A DNA stretch of 34,106 nt, from the UHGV virus genome UHGV-0112930; one strand, written 5' to 3'. The translations under genes were made by a program, and so were the position numbers. This DNA comes from a virus. This document shows, piece after piece, positions 9,176-18,039 of this stretch. Below the pieces are notes generated by a model that worked only from the letters and a program-made list of their open reading frames with translations, searched no databases and was not told the origin of the DNA. Position 1 is the stretch's first letter. The number at the start of each line of letters is the position of its first letter.

Positions 9176-10573
9176 TTATCTTCCTATTGCAATAATCATA
9201 GTTCCATACAAACCATTTCCGGTTGATACTTTTAAGGTTACTGATGTCCTTGTTGTCGTGTACCCCATAAGTTTAAAGGTCGGAGCAGCCGTTAATGTGC
9301 CATCAGACCATAAGGCACTAACAGCAAGTGCACCTGAAGGAAATGCAATAGGGAAATTACCAGTAGTTCCGTTAGTGTCCGCCCCATAAACATTCATCGA
9401 AAACATTTGGACAATATGACCACTTGGTAACTGAAACCAGTTTTTGCCAGATGGGAATGCAGACATATCTGGTATCTGATTTTCCCCTGTTCCCACATTT
9501 CGTTTTGCCGCTTCTCCCAAACCAAGGTATGCGAGAAGACCAGCTACATCCTTTCCACTCAAATTAGTCAGCGTATTGTCCAGCGGTTGTTTACCTGCCA
9601 GCGCATTAAGCATTGTCGTGGCAAAGTTCGGATCATTCCCCAGCGCCGCCGCCAGTTCGTTCAGTGTATCTAGGGCCGCAGGTGCAGAACCCACCATTCC
9701 TGCAATCGCCGATTTCACAAATGCCGTAGTGGCAATCTGTGTATTGTTGACCGACTGCGCCGCCGTGGGGGCTGTTGGCGTTCCGGTGAGTGCCGGACTC
9801 GACAGCGGCGCTTTCAGTGCCAGCGCATTGTTAATGGTGGTACTGAATTTCGGATCATTGTTAATGGCTACGGCTATTTCTTTCAGCGTGTCCAGCGTGG
9901 CTGGCGCACCATTAATAAGAGCCGTCAGTGCCGCCTGAACAAATGCGGTGGTCGCAAGCTGCGTGGTATTATTCCCCGCCGCTGGCGTTGGCGCTTTGGG
10001 GGTTCCGGTAAACGTCGGACTTTCTTTGGGTGCATACTGTGAATGCGGGTCCGGTGCGGCAAGATGTTTTGCCATCAGGTCATCCACGTACACCTTCAGC
10101 TCCAGTGCCTTGTCATCCACATACTTGCGGGTTGCCAGCACTACAGCAGGGTCGATTTTCAGGGTGATATTGTCCGTACTGCTGGTAATCAGCACCATGC
10201 GCACAGTCTGGGTGCGCCCGCTGCCTTCAGCCAGTTGCGGCTTATAGCTTTCCGGGCAGTTGCCCACGGCAATCAATGCCCCGGACTCATCAAACAGGCC
10301 CACTTCACGTATCCACCAACCGCCCTCGTTTTCAGGGATCACCTGTTCAGCAATAATCTGGCTGCTGTTCTGCGGGTCGATATAAAGCATATTCAGCGCA
10401 GCCCGGCGTTTCTCATTTACCAGTGCCGTCTGCTTTGCGTCCGGCGTTGGCAATACTCCGCCGCCATCGCCCACCGCCATATGGGTAATTTTTAGCGGCA
10501 CACCGAGCGCGGCGGCGCTGGCAAGTTTCGCCGCGCCAATATCCGTCAGCAGGGTATAAAATTTTGTGCTCAT
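9176..10573 (-). CDS. H: Tail fibre protein (P2 gpH-like), constant N-terminal region plus currently expressed variable C-terminus
   Basis: 465-aa ORF; N-terminus MSTKFYTLLTDIGAAKLASAAALGVPLKITHMAVGDGGG is P2 H-like, followed by Ala/Thr-rich repeats. The crossover site lies in-frame at ...AYLGLGEAAKRN. Confidence 0.9.
   Translation of the reverse strand: MSTKFYTLLTDIGAAKLASAAALGVPLKITHMAVGDGGGVLPTPDAKQTALVNEKRRAALNMLYIDPQNSSQIIAEQVIPENEGGWWIREVGLFDESGALIAVGNCPESYKPQLAEGSGRTQTVRMVLITSSTDNITLKIDPAVVLATRKYVDDKALELKVYVDDLMAKHLAAPDPHSQYAPKESPTFTGTPKAPTPAAGNNTTQLATTAFVQAALTALINGAPATLDTLKEIAVAINNDPKFSTTINNALALKAPLSSPALTGTPTAPTAAQSVNNTQIATTAFVKSAIAGMVGSAPAALDTLNELAAALGNDPNFATTMLNALAGKQPLDNTLTNLSGKDVAGLLAYLGLGEAAKRNVGTGENQIPDMSAFPSGKNWFQLPSGHIVQMFSMNVYGADTNGTTGNFPIAFPSGALAVSALWSDGTLTAAPTFKLMGYTTTRTSVTLKVSTGNGLYGTMIIAIGR
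9512..9537. repeat. Right inversion crossover site (hix/gix-like 26-bp site)
   Basis: ttctcccaaaccaaggtatgcgagaa, inverted relative to 7652..7677 with an identical 15-nt core. Confidence 0.6.
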
Positions 10574-11175
10574 GGATTCACTCTCATTGTGTCAATAACA
10601 TGGACCGCCCCGCCTTCATGCGCGGTGCCACCGGAAATAATCGTTTCGTTGATATACGGATAGATCGTGATTTCTTCGCCAAGATAGCTGGCGGCTCCCA
10701 CCCAGTGCGGGCCGCTGGTCTGCAGATTGATGGACATGCCGATCATGTGGCGGCTACATGGTTTGGCATCGCTTATCAGTCGCTCAAGTTCCAGATAGGT
10801 ATCTTCAGTGATGCCCTGGTCCTGCACGCCGATATCCAGGCGAAACGTGCCCGGTGCCTCTCCGGTCTGCCACCACTCAATAATGCGGATCAGAAAGCCG
10901 AACGGCTCCACCACCCGCCGCACGGCACTGGTGGTCCCTTTATGCTGATGAATATAAAAAGCATCCTTCACCACCTGGCGTTTGACGCTTTCTGTCCAGC
11001 CCTCGTCCCAGCGATCCACAGAGAACGCCCAGGCGAGATAAGGCAGGAAACTGACCGGACAGGTTGCCGGATTCCACAAGTCACGCTGCGGCACCTGCAG
11101 ATCAGAAATCCCGCTGCAGGTTTGCGCCAGTCGGCGCTCCAGTGGTGTTGAACCCGGTGGCAGCAGACTATTCAT
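10570..11175 (-). CDS. I: Baseplate protein I (P2 gpI-like)
   Basis: 201-aa ORF overlapping H start by 4 nt; position between J and H. Confidence 0.88.
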   Translation of the reverse strand: MNSLLPPGSTPLERRLAQTCSGISDLQVPQRDLWNPATCPVSFLPYLAWAFSVDRWDEGWTESVKRQVVKDAFYIHQHKGTTSAVRRVVEPFGFLIRIIEWWQTGEAPGTFRLDIGVQDQGITEDTYLELERLISDAKPCSRHMIGMSINLQTSGPHWVGAASYLGEEITIYPYINETIISGGTAHEGGAVHVIDTMRVNP

Positions 11176-12076
11176 CCGTTCCTCCGTTGGTTACGCTCCA
11201 CTGCGTACATGATGCCGCCTGTGTTTTGTTCAGGACCACATCCGCCAGAGGAGAAGCCAGCTCCACACGCTGCACACCCTCAACATGCAGGGCGGCAAAG
11301 ATGGCGCTACGGCGAATATCCCGACCAAGACGCGTCTGACTGGCGATGTACTTCTGCAGGCTGGCTTTTGCCGCTGCCATTACCGGCTCTGCTTCCGGTC
11401 CAGGATAGAGAAAAATGGTGGCTTCCACGCGATACGGGATGATTTCTGCGCTGCGAACCGTAAGACGGTCAGCCACCGGGCGGACGTTCTCACTGTTCAG
11501 AGCTTTTTCCACCACGTCCAGCAGGTCTTTTTCTGCAGTTCCATCGCCTTCGCGGCTAAGGACAGTCAGCACCACCTCTGCAGGTGCCGGGCTGGTTGCA
11601 CTGGCATCCGCCACCCGACCGTCGGCGCTTCGGGCATGAAATTCATAAGCTGCAGTTGGCCCCGCAACTGAAAGCCCTTCAAAGGCTGCAGGCACACGCA
11701 GGCGTAACGCTTCATCGCTTTCCATCACAGCTGCAACGGGCGGCACAGCGTCATTATCAGCAGGCGTCACCGTCAGGCGTTTCACGTTGTAGTTGGCAGC
11801 GAGCTGGTCAAGATCGCTGCCCATCGCGTAAGCCACCATCACAGCCTGCGCGGCTTCGTTAATGCGCTGGCGCAGAAGCAACTCACGGTAAGCGTTCTCC
11901 TGCAGCAATTTGGTGACGGGTTCAGATTCCAGTTCCAGAGTGCGGATCACTGCTTCCTGCTCATCTTTCGGATGAAGCGCCACAAATTCTGCCTTGCGTT
12001 CGGCAAGCAGCGTCTCAAAGTCCGGCACATCCACAATCTGCGGCGCAGGCAACTGCGAAAGGTCAATCACTGCCAT
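11168..12076 (-). CDS. J: Baseplate assembly protein J (P2 gpJ-like)
   Basis: Translation MAVIDLSQLPAPQIVDVPDFETLLAERKAEF... is P2 J-like. Start taken at the internal ATG (12076) rather than the GTG-extended start at 12115. Confidence 0.88.
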   Translation of the reverse strand: MAVIDLSQLPAPQIVDVPDFETLLAERKAEFVALHPKDEQEAVIRTLELESEPVTKLLQENAYRELLLRQRINEAAQAVMVAYAMGSDLDQLAANYNVKRLTVTPADNDAVPPVAAVMESDEALRLRVPAAFEGLSVAGPTAAYEFHARSADGRVADASATSPAPAEVVLTVLSREGDGTAEKDLLDVVEKALNSENVRPVADRLTVRSAEIIPYRVEATIFLYPGPEAEPVMAAAKASLQKYIASQTRLGRDIRRSAIFAALHVEGVQRVELASPLADVVLNKTQAASCTQWSVTNGGTDE

Positions 12077-12422
12077 TCTCTGCTCCTGTTGATACGGAAA
12101 GGGAAACAGGCACACCGTTATTACGCCGCCCGGTCAGCTCCACCACCATTGAACCGTCAAAAATGCTGTTGATGGTGATGGAATCCAGCGTCAGCCGTGG
12201 CTCCCAGCGACTCAGCGCCACATACACTGCCGACATGACCTGCAGGCGTAATGCCGGATTTTGTGGCTGGTCTATCAGTGTCAACAGCAGGGAACCATAT
12301 TCACGACGGGCAATGCGGCTACCCTGCGGTGTCAGTAGAATGTCCCGCACCGACTGACGCAGATGGTCAATATCAGTAATGGCTTTACCGCTGGTATTGT
12401 TCATCCCGATATAAAGCGTCAT
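12063..12422 (-). CDS. W: Baseplate wedge protein W (gp25/GPW family)
   Basis: 119-aa ORF between V and J; overlaps both; translation fits the GPW/gp25 family. Confidence 0.88.
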   Translation of the reverse strand: MTLYIGMNNTSGKAITDIDHLRQSVRDILLTPQGSRIARREYGSLLLTLIDQPQNPALRLQVMSAVYVALSRWEPRLTLDSITINSIFDGSMVVELTGRRNNGVPVSLSVSTGAENGSD

Positions 12423-12997
12423 ACCGGGCCTCCGGTTGTATCGCCGCCTTTCAGGACGCCAGTATGCTGATGCGCATCAACCACGATCCCGTTAGAACTT
12501 ATCGCTCCGCCGCCCTGGGTAACGCCACCATTGATCACCACTTCGCTGTTAATGCGCGTGCGGTCAGCCTCCAGTACAAACTCAGTGGTTTTCATGGTGA
12601 TGTTGTCAGCGGCCTCAATGACCATTGATTTGATGCCCCTGACATACCAGCGCCCGGTGGCGGGTTCGTATTCAAACCAGCCACCGTCAGGATGTTCTGT
12701 CACGCAGGCGTCCGCCGACGTCGACGGTGGAGCGAACTGATTCGAATAGACAGCGGGCAACGCAAAGGCGGTTTCAAGATTGCCGCCCAGACTCAGCAGC
12801 ACCACCTGTTCACCTTCCGATGGTCGCCACCATGTGCGGGCATTCCCGGCACGCAGCGTCAGCCAGCTGATCCAGTTGGTTTCAAGGTCGCCCGTTTTCA
12901 CCCGGCAAAGCCAGTTTTCCCGGTCCACTTCGGTGACTACACCTGTGCGGATCAGGTTGGTGATAAGGCGCATGATTTCGGTTAATTGTGCGTTCAT
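12419..12997 (-). CDS. V: Baseplate spike / assembly protein V (P2 gpV-like)
   Basis: 192-aa ORF; first gene of the V-W-J-I-H-G operon; Gly-rich C-terminus. Confidence 0.88.
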   Translation of the reverse strand: MNAQLTEIMRLITNLIRTGVVTEVDRENWLCRVKTGDLETNWISWLTLRAGNARTWWRPSEGEQVVLLSLGGNLETAFALPAVYSNQFAPPSTSADACVTEHPDGGWFEYEPATGRWYVRGIKSMVIEAADNITMKTTEFVLEADRTRINSEVVINGGVTQGGGAISSNGIVVDAHQHTGVLKGGDTTGGPV

Positions 12998-13043
12998 AGG
13001 GAAAGGTTGCCATCAGGGGAAGAAAGCCGGCAGTGCTGCAACT

Positions 13044-13061
13044 TGTATCAGTGCTGATACA
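13044..13061 (-). promoter_or_regulatory. Ogr-type late activator box (TGT-N12-ACA) upstream of V
   Basis: Perfect palindrome TGTATCAGTGCTGATACA in the 68-bp S-V gap; centre about 55 bp upstream of the V start codon. Confidence 0.6.
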
Positions 13062-13065
13062 AAGA

Positions 13066-13512
13066 TCACCCCGCCAGCCATTGCAGAATCATGTCGCGGG
13101 TCATTGCCTCAACATCATCATTTACACCCAGAAGGCGACGCTCTGCGTAACGGACCTCAGGTCCTTTGCGACTGACGCGATCACGTAAGCCGTAGTGATG
13201 AACGCGGGCAATACGCTGCACCTTACCTTCAAACTGTACGCTGGCAGAATCAGCGCTGGCGGCAGTTTTCAGGTATTTTGTGGTGCGCAGCTTTGTAAAC
13301 ATCTGACGTTTGATACGACCTTTTTTACCGCGTGCTGTTACTCGCCTCGGTTCATAGCTGCTGCCATCAGGATTGCGTTGCATCCTGATATTTTGCTGCT
13401 GTGTCCGCCGCAGTTCCTGTGCCAGCTGGCGCATCATTCGGCTTCTTGCGGCTGGTTCCAGATTCGCCAGCAAGGCACTCAGCCAGTCGTCCACCTTCTG
13501 CAGTTCAGCCAC
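13066..13512 (-). CDS. S: Tail completion protein S (P2 gpS-like)
   Basis: 148-aa basic ORF in the P2 S position. Confidence 0.85.
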   Translation of the reverse strand: MAELQKVDDWLSALLANLEPAARSRMMRQLAQELRRTQQQNIRMQRNPDGSSYEPRRVTARGKKGRIKRQMFTKLRTTKYLKTAASADSASVQFEGKVQRIARVHHYGLRDRVSRKGPEVRYAERRLLGVNDDVEAMTRDMILQWLAG

Positions 13513-13957
13513 GTTTCACCGTCCACATTTCTTCAGGTTCATCGGGTTCCGCTACAGCTTCAACGCTGGACACAGTGCCGTCAGTGCTGACCAGCACACG
13601 TTCCGTCAGTTGCAGGTTAAGGCTGATATCACAGACATCGTTGCGCAGAATATCCACCTCAAAGGTGAATAGCTTTTCCCGTAACGCCGGGTTATTGATG
13701 GCATCGGGCTGGTTATCCCGCAGCCACAGCAAAACCGGGGCCATCAGCAGATTCTGGTCGCCGCTGAAATCCTCAATCACCACGTTCAGGGTGTAACGGT
13801 ACTCCCATGACATGGAGCTGGCCCCCGTGACAACCAGCGAACCGTTATCCACAAACAGATGCAGTTTGTCCGGGTTATTACGGACATAAGGCACTGCTTT
13901 ATTGAGGGCGTGGCGCAGTGATTGTGGTTTGTTCACTGTTTCGCTCCTGACACGCAA
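13505..13957 (-). CDS. R: Tail completion protein R (P2 gpR-like)
   Basis: 150-aa ORF in the P2 R position; overlaps S by 8 nt. Confidence 0.85.
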   Translation of the reverse strand: MRVRSETVNKPQSLRHALNKAVPYVRNNPDKLHLFVDNGSLVVTGASSMSWEYRYTLNVVIEDFSGDQNLLMAPVLLWLRDNQPDAINNPALREKLFTFEVDILRNDVCDISLNLQLTERVLVSTDGTVSSVEAVAEPDEPEEMWTVKRG

Positions 13958-14189
13958 TAATCATGTCCACTTTGTCTGCACATACCGCCCAGGCGGCCTC
14001 CGTTTCGTCCAGCAATGTGTTCAGATCACCGTTAGTGCGCGGCGCTGTCTGATCCAGTCGACACGGCGTCACTCGCGGACAACCACTGACGGTAAGCTGC
14101 ACCTCCGGTGAATGCCGGACGTTTCCGCAGCCGGATAATGTCAGCAGGCAAAGGAGTATCAGCCCAGCGGCGTAAATCCTCGTTCTCAC
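13899..14189 (-). CDS. lysC: Outer-membrane spanin lipoprotein LysC (Rz1-like o-spanin)
   Basis: 96-aa ORF starting inside lysB in another frame and running into R; signal peptide with lipobox LTLSGC; Pro-rich mature part. Confidence 0.75.
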   Translation of the reverse strand: MRTRIYAAGLILLCLLTLSGCGNVRHSPEVQLTVSGCPRVTPCRLDQTAPRTNGDLNTLLDETEAAWAVCADKVDMIIACQERNSEQTTITAPRPQ

Positions 14190-14460
14190 GTTTCAGTTCC
14201 TCTATCCGGTGTTGTCGTTGTCTCAGCAGCGCGCTGGTCTGTTCTGCTTCGGCATAGAGCCGCGCCTGCTCCCGGTTATTGGTTTCAGTCAGAATGGACA
14301 GGCTGATAAGCTGGCTGTTGCTCTTTGCCAGTGCCTGGCTTTTGCTCTGCAGCTCGTCTGCCTGCGTGCTAATGGTCTGGCTGGCATCAGCCAGCCGCCA
14401 CGTCTGCCAGCCCAGCGCCGCCAGTAATAACGCCAGCATAACCAGCAGCAACCGGTTCAT
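14032..14460 (-). CDS. lysB: Inner-membrane spanin LysB (Rz-like i-spanin)
   Basis: 142-aa ORF with N-terminal transmembrane helix MNRLLLVMLALLLAALGW followed by a charged coiled-coil region. Confidence 0.8.
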   Translation of the reverse strand: MNRLLLVMLALLLAALGWQTWRLADASQTISTQADELQSKSQALAKSNSQLISLSILTETNNREQARLYAEAEQTSALLRQRQHRIEELKRENEDLRRWADTPLPADIIRLRKRPAFTGGAAYRQWLSASDAVSTGSDSAAH

Positions 14461-14834
14461 GCTGCTACCTGTTGCGCCATCTGATTACGGGTGATCCAGA
14501 AGGCAATAACGGTCAGTAGATAAAAGACCAGGGTAATAGCCCACCCCGTCCAGGCGAGACTTACGACAATCAGCAATCGCATCACCCAGCTGATAAATAC
14601 GTTTTCTTTTCGGGTAATGGTCTTAAGCAAAGATGCCCTCAACTCTTGCCAGAGCGGGCCATTCTTAATTAACGCAGCCAGTGCTACCGGAATTACCGCC
14701 CATGTCAGTAAACAGGCTACCCAAACGCCGGACGCTGCCAGTACCGGAAAAATCCCCTGCGGATACACCATTGCTGCGATTAACAGCGCCATCCATAACA
14801 TCAGAAACAGCCCGCTGATTAATTTCTTTTTCAT
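14457..14834 (-). CDS. lysA: LysA-like membrane protein (lysis timing, putative antiholin)
   Basis: Multi-pass hydrophobic protein in the P2 lysA position; start taken at MKKKLISG... rather than the extended ORF start at 14906. Confidence 0.6.
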   Translation of the reverse strand: MKKKLISGLFLMLWMALLIAAMVYPQGIFPVLAASGVWVACLLTWAVIPVALAALIKNGPLWQELRASLLKTITRKENVFISWVMRLLIVVSLAWTGWAITLVFYLLTVIAFWITRNQMAQQVAA

Positions 14835-14835
14835 T

Positions 14836-15348
14836 TCAGTTTGCTCCCTGTAAACACCAGGCCATCTCCCGCGCACGGCGGTTATCCAGCCCCTGATTAA
14901 ACACACCTTTCACATAAACCCAGCGCGGCAACTGTCGGCACGCATCCGCCCAGCGCCGCTGATTGAGTAATTTCACCAGCGTGGAACTGCAGGCATTGCC
15001 CGTTCCCACGTTGAAGGCAAACGACACTGCAGCGTCATACACCTTCTGCGGCGGCTGTTGCTTTACACACCTTTCCAGCGCCCGCTCCACACGCAGCACG
15101 TTGGAGATCAGCCCTTCCGCTGCCTGTCGTTCCGTAATGGTTTTGCCCGGGATGACGCCCGATGTATTACCAATGCCGTCGGTCCAGACACCCGCGCTGC
15201 ACTGATACGGCTGCAGACGACAGCCTTCGTAATCAGCAATCAGTTTCAGCCCCTCCACGGAGGTGTGAAGCTGCTGAAAACCCGGCAGCGTGGCAGCAAT
15301 AGCCAGCACGGTCCCGACAAGGCAGCGTTTAACGATTGATGGATTCAT
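14836..15348 (-). CDS. K: Endolysin, lysozyme family with N-terminal SAR-like signal-anchor (P2 K position)
   Basis: 170-aa ORF; weakly hydrophobic Gly/Ala-rich N-terminus VKRCLVGTVLAIAATLPGF, then a lysozyme-like E-x8-C/D-x5-T region EGCRLQPYQCSAGVWTDGIGNT. Confidence 0.8.
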   Translation of the reverse strand: MNPSIVKRCLVGTVLAIAATLPGFQQLHTSVEGLKLIADYEGCRLQPYQCSAGVWTDGIGNTSGVIPGKTITERQAAEGLISNVLRVERALERCVKQQPPQKVYDAAVSFAFNVGTGNACSSTLVKLLNQRRWADACRQLPRWVYVKGVFNQGLDNRRAREMAWCLQGAN

Positions 15349-15544
15349 AGTCCTCCCGCGAGATCTGCCCGTCGCGCAGAAGCTGGTAGGCTTTGTGTTT
15401 GTAGTACCAGTTGATAGCCAGCATCAGCACACCAATCATCAGACCGCCCAGCGTTGAGGCATCTTTGATGGACAAATCGCCCAGCCAGGCCAGCACGACG
15501 GCGATGCAATACGTGATAAAGGCGCTGATTCGCTCAAGCGTCAT
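15329..15544 (-). CDS. Holin, small two-TMD pinholin-like (P2 Y position)
   Basis: 71-aa ORF with two hydrophobic helices and a charged C-terminus; lies between X and the endolysin; overlaps the endolysin start by 20 nt. Confidence 0.7.
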   Translation of the reverse strand: MTLERISAFITYCIAVVLAWLGDLSIKDASTLGGLMIGVLMLAINWYYKHKAYQLLRDGQISREDYESINR

Positions 15545-15547
15545 AAT

Positions 15548-15751
15548 TCAGTCCCATAGCTGGACGGTCTGCACGGTGGTGGTGGTCGGAATGTCCGGCA
15601 GCTCCACCTGCAGCCCGTGAGGTAAAAAGGGGCCGTATTCGGCAAGCCCCGGATTTGCCTTCAGTACCTGCTCCGTGACACCCTGCGTGCGCCCGTAATG
15701 ACGCCAGCAAAGCGCGTCCACCGTGTCATACTGATGCGCACGCACTTTCAT
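15548..15751 (-). CDS. X: Tail protein X (P2 gpX-like, LysM-like)
   Basis: 67-aa ORF MKVRAHQYDTVDALCWRHYGRTQGVTEQVLKANPGLAEYGPFLPHGLQVELPD, recognised as P2 X-like. Confidence 0.8.
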   Translation of the reverse strand: MKVRAHQYDTVDALCWRHYGRTQGVTEQVLKANPGLAEYGPFLPHGLQVELPDIPTTTTVQTVQLWD

Positions 15752-16215
15752 CAGATAAGCTCCACTGTGCAGTGCGGCGCATCCTGCACCCGGCTGATGG
15801 CCCAGCGGGCGTCACGCCACAAATCACCGCTTGCTTCCGCCAGTTCCTCGCCCCGCTTCACACCGGACGCCGTGGCGTCATAGTCCTGATAACGCTCGTT
15901 GAGCATGGCGCGTGCCCAGCAGTAAACCGCGTTGAAATAGTGCTGAATGCGCTCACTTTTCCCGTCCAGCAGTTCCGCCGGAACCTCACCCAGCGACGCA
16001 TACCCCAGCATCTGCTGACGTCTGCGAAACTCATACAACTCAGCGTTGACCTCCGAAATTGCCGACAGGGCAACCTGCTTTAAACGCGGCTGCGTCACCG
16101 TGCCGTCAGTGCGCATCACGCTGCGAAACTCCGACAGGTCCACATCAGGCCAGAACGGCGTATTTCTGATGATTTCTGCCTGTTCCGGTGCCTGTTCTGG
16201 CGCAACAAACTTCAT
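15751..16215 (-). CDS. L: Head completion / stabilisation protein L (P2 gpL-like)
   Basis: Start chosen at ATG 16213..16215, preceded by AGGAGA; the ORF-track start at 16278 is a GTG extension without an SD. Confidence 0.8.
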   Translation of the reverse strand: MKFVAPEQAPEQAEIIRNTPFWPDVDLSEFRSVMRTDGTVTQPRLKQVALSAISEVNAELYEFRRRQQMLGYASLGEVPAELLDGKSERIQHYFNAVYCWARAMLNERYQDYDATASGVKRGEELAEASGDLWRDARWAISRVQDAPHCTVELI

Positions 16216-16310
16216 GCTGCTTTCTCCTGAAATAGAGGGCGGTGGACGGGGTTTTGATGTGGCAGTGCCTTTCGCCACCCCGTGCCGCCTGTGCGCGGGG
16301 GCACGTTCTG

Positions 16311-16961
16311 TCAGCGGCTGTCATTGCGCAGTCTGCGCTCCAGCTGCTGTTTGTCTTTTTTCACGCCACAGCGGGGATCGAGCTGTAACGCATGGTTGAG
16401 ATGATTAAGGGCGGAAGCCGGGTTGCTTTCACTCAGGACAGCGCCAATCGCTTTATGCAGACGCGCCCGTGACTGGTCCGGCATATCCAGACCGTCTGTC
16501 AGCTCCAGCGTCTGCAGCAACAGATCGGCATCAAAGCCGGTGGCGGCAAGCATTGCGCTCTGCGCGGCGTCTGCCATTTCCTCTGCCAGCACGGTCTGCA
16601 CGTTGCGGTTACCCAGCGGCATCACCCAGCCATGACGCAGGGCATGACGCCCAATCTCCAGCGCCCCGGCATAATCTCCGGCATCAATGCGCCACAGCAT
16701 CACGTACATCAGCACGTCATCCTGTTGAGCGCCTCCGGCAGCCAGGACGCCCTCCGCCCAGGCGGCATATTTCGGCAGCAGCTCCACCTTGATTTCCGCT
16801 TTTTTCACCGTGGACTGAACGCCCTTGAGACGGCGGCGGTCTTCCGCCAGTTGCAGCAGCATCAGGTCATAGCCCGACGCGTGGCGAACACTGCCGCCCT
16901 CGCGGGCGGCCTGTTCAGCCTGAACGCGCAGGCGATGCTGCCGTGCGGGACTCAGGCTCAT
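16311..16961 (-). CDS. M: Terminase endonuclease (small) subunit M (P2 gpM-like)
   Basis: 216-aa ORF in the P2 M position between N and L. Confidence 0.85.
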   Translation of the reverse strand: MSLSPARQHRLRVQAEQAAREGGSVRHASGYDLMLLQLAEDRRRLKGVQSTVKKAEIKVELLPKYAAWAEGVLAAGGAQQDDVLMYVMLWRIDAGDYAGALEIGRHALRHGWVMPLGNRNVQTVLAEEMADAAQSAMLAATGFDADLLLQTLELTDGLDMPDQSRARLHKAIGAVLSESNPASALNHLNHALQLDPRCGVKKDKQQLERRLRNDSR

Positions 16962-16964
16962 GGA

Positions 16965-18023
16965 TTACGCTCCGGTTTCTGCTGCGGCGGCGCTGAAGTC
17001 GCCAATCTGGATGTTTTCCACCAGTGCGGCGCAGCGGTAGTCCTCAACCACATATGCTTCGTTAACGGATTCAAAATTTTCAATCCGGTCACGTTTCGGG
17101 TTGTCGATAACTGAACGGCGGCGGGTATCTTCCTGCCAGTAGATGGACAGGTTATCCAGACGGGTGATCAGCAGCGCATTCGGCGGGAAGAACGGCGCAC
17201 GCACGGCCTGCAGGCCCCCCATGCGCTTCTGACTGATGATCATATCGGCAGCCAGTTTTTCACTGTTTTCCTGCTCTTTGTTGACCAGCGGGAAATACTT
17301 GTCAGACAGCAGTTCACGGCCGCAAATCACCACCAGATCGTCATCGTCCTGGTAGACCACGTCGATAAGCTCATTGACGGCATCCATCACCACGGCGTCC
17401 AGGTTGGCATATTCGCCACCTTTCCCGACTTTCACCGCGCCCGGTGTGGTTTCACCGCCCGTGGTGGTGCTGCCCATGACATGATCCGGTGCATCCTCAC
17501 GGATTTTCTGCAGCCAGCCTTTGTTCACATCCTGCAGCAGCGGGTTTTCACTACGGTTGGAGGTTTTCGCACGCTTCACGCCGTTAAAGCCGATCATGAT
17601 GCGGTCCAGTGCCTGACGTTTCACGATGGCGTCACGGATACGCACCTGGAAATCCTGAAACTTCGCCCACAGGTCCAGCTTCGCGTAGGTCAGCACCGTG
17701 TCAAAGTTGGTCTGCTCGCATTTATATTCCACATCGACCATCAGCGTCGGATCGACAGGTTCACGCTCTTTCGCGGTGGTGTCAGTGGTTCCGGCAATGG
17801 TGCTGCCAACACCCAGCCCCAGCAGCTGACCGGACTGCTCAGTCACTGGCGTGACGTTAATCAGCGTCAGGAAAGCGGCGGACTGCTGGATCTGGTCTTC
17901 CAGCGTCTGCTGCACAGACGGCTCCACAGTGAATTTGCTGGACAGTTCTTCAACTGCCACACCGTTCAGACGCGCCAGCTGCTGCAGGTAAGCGTTAAAA
18001 GCAAAGCGGGTATTCTTCTTCAT
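16965..18023 (-). CDS. N: Major capsid protein N (P2 gpN-like)
   Basis: 352-aa ORF; translation recognised as P2 N-like major capsid protein. Confidence 0.9.
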   Translation of the reverse strand: MKKNTRFAFNAYLQQLARLNGVAVEELSSKFTVEPSVQQTLEDQIQQSAAFLTLINVTPVTEQSGQLLGLGVGSTIAGTTDTTAKEREPVDPTLMVDVEYKCEQTNFDTVLTYAKLDLWAKFQDFQVRIRDAIVKRQALDRIMIGFNGVKRAKTSNRSENPLLQDVNKGWLQKIREDAPDHVMGSTTTGGETTPGAVKVGKGGEYANLDAVVMDAVNELIDVVYQDDDDLVVICGRELLSDKYFPLVNKEQENSEKLAADMIISQKRMGGLQAVRAPFFPPNALLITRLDNLSIYWQEDTRRRSVIDNPKRDRIENFESVNEAYVVEDYRCAALVENIQIGDFSAAAAETGA

Positions 18024-18039
18024 CGGGTTTTGTGCTCCA

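Larger units (their letters stand above)
7664..9525. mobile_element. Invertible tail-fibre host-range segment (G/C/P-segment-like)
   Basis: About 1.86 kb bounded by inverted sites inside the codons LGLGE of both the expressed H C-terminus (minus strand) and a silent alternative C-terminus (plus strand). It holds two convergent tail-fibre assembly genes, with the invertase gene adjacent outside. Confidence 0.65.

Noticed and set aside
16216-16278. Upstream GTG-extended start for gene L (ORF-track start 16278)
   Set aside because: The internal ATG at 16215 has a strong SD (AGGAGA) and gives a protein that begins like other head-completion proteins, whereas the extension is Pro/Ser-rich and lacks an RBS.
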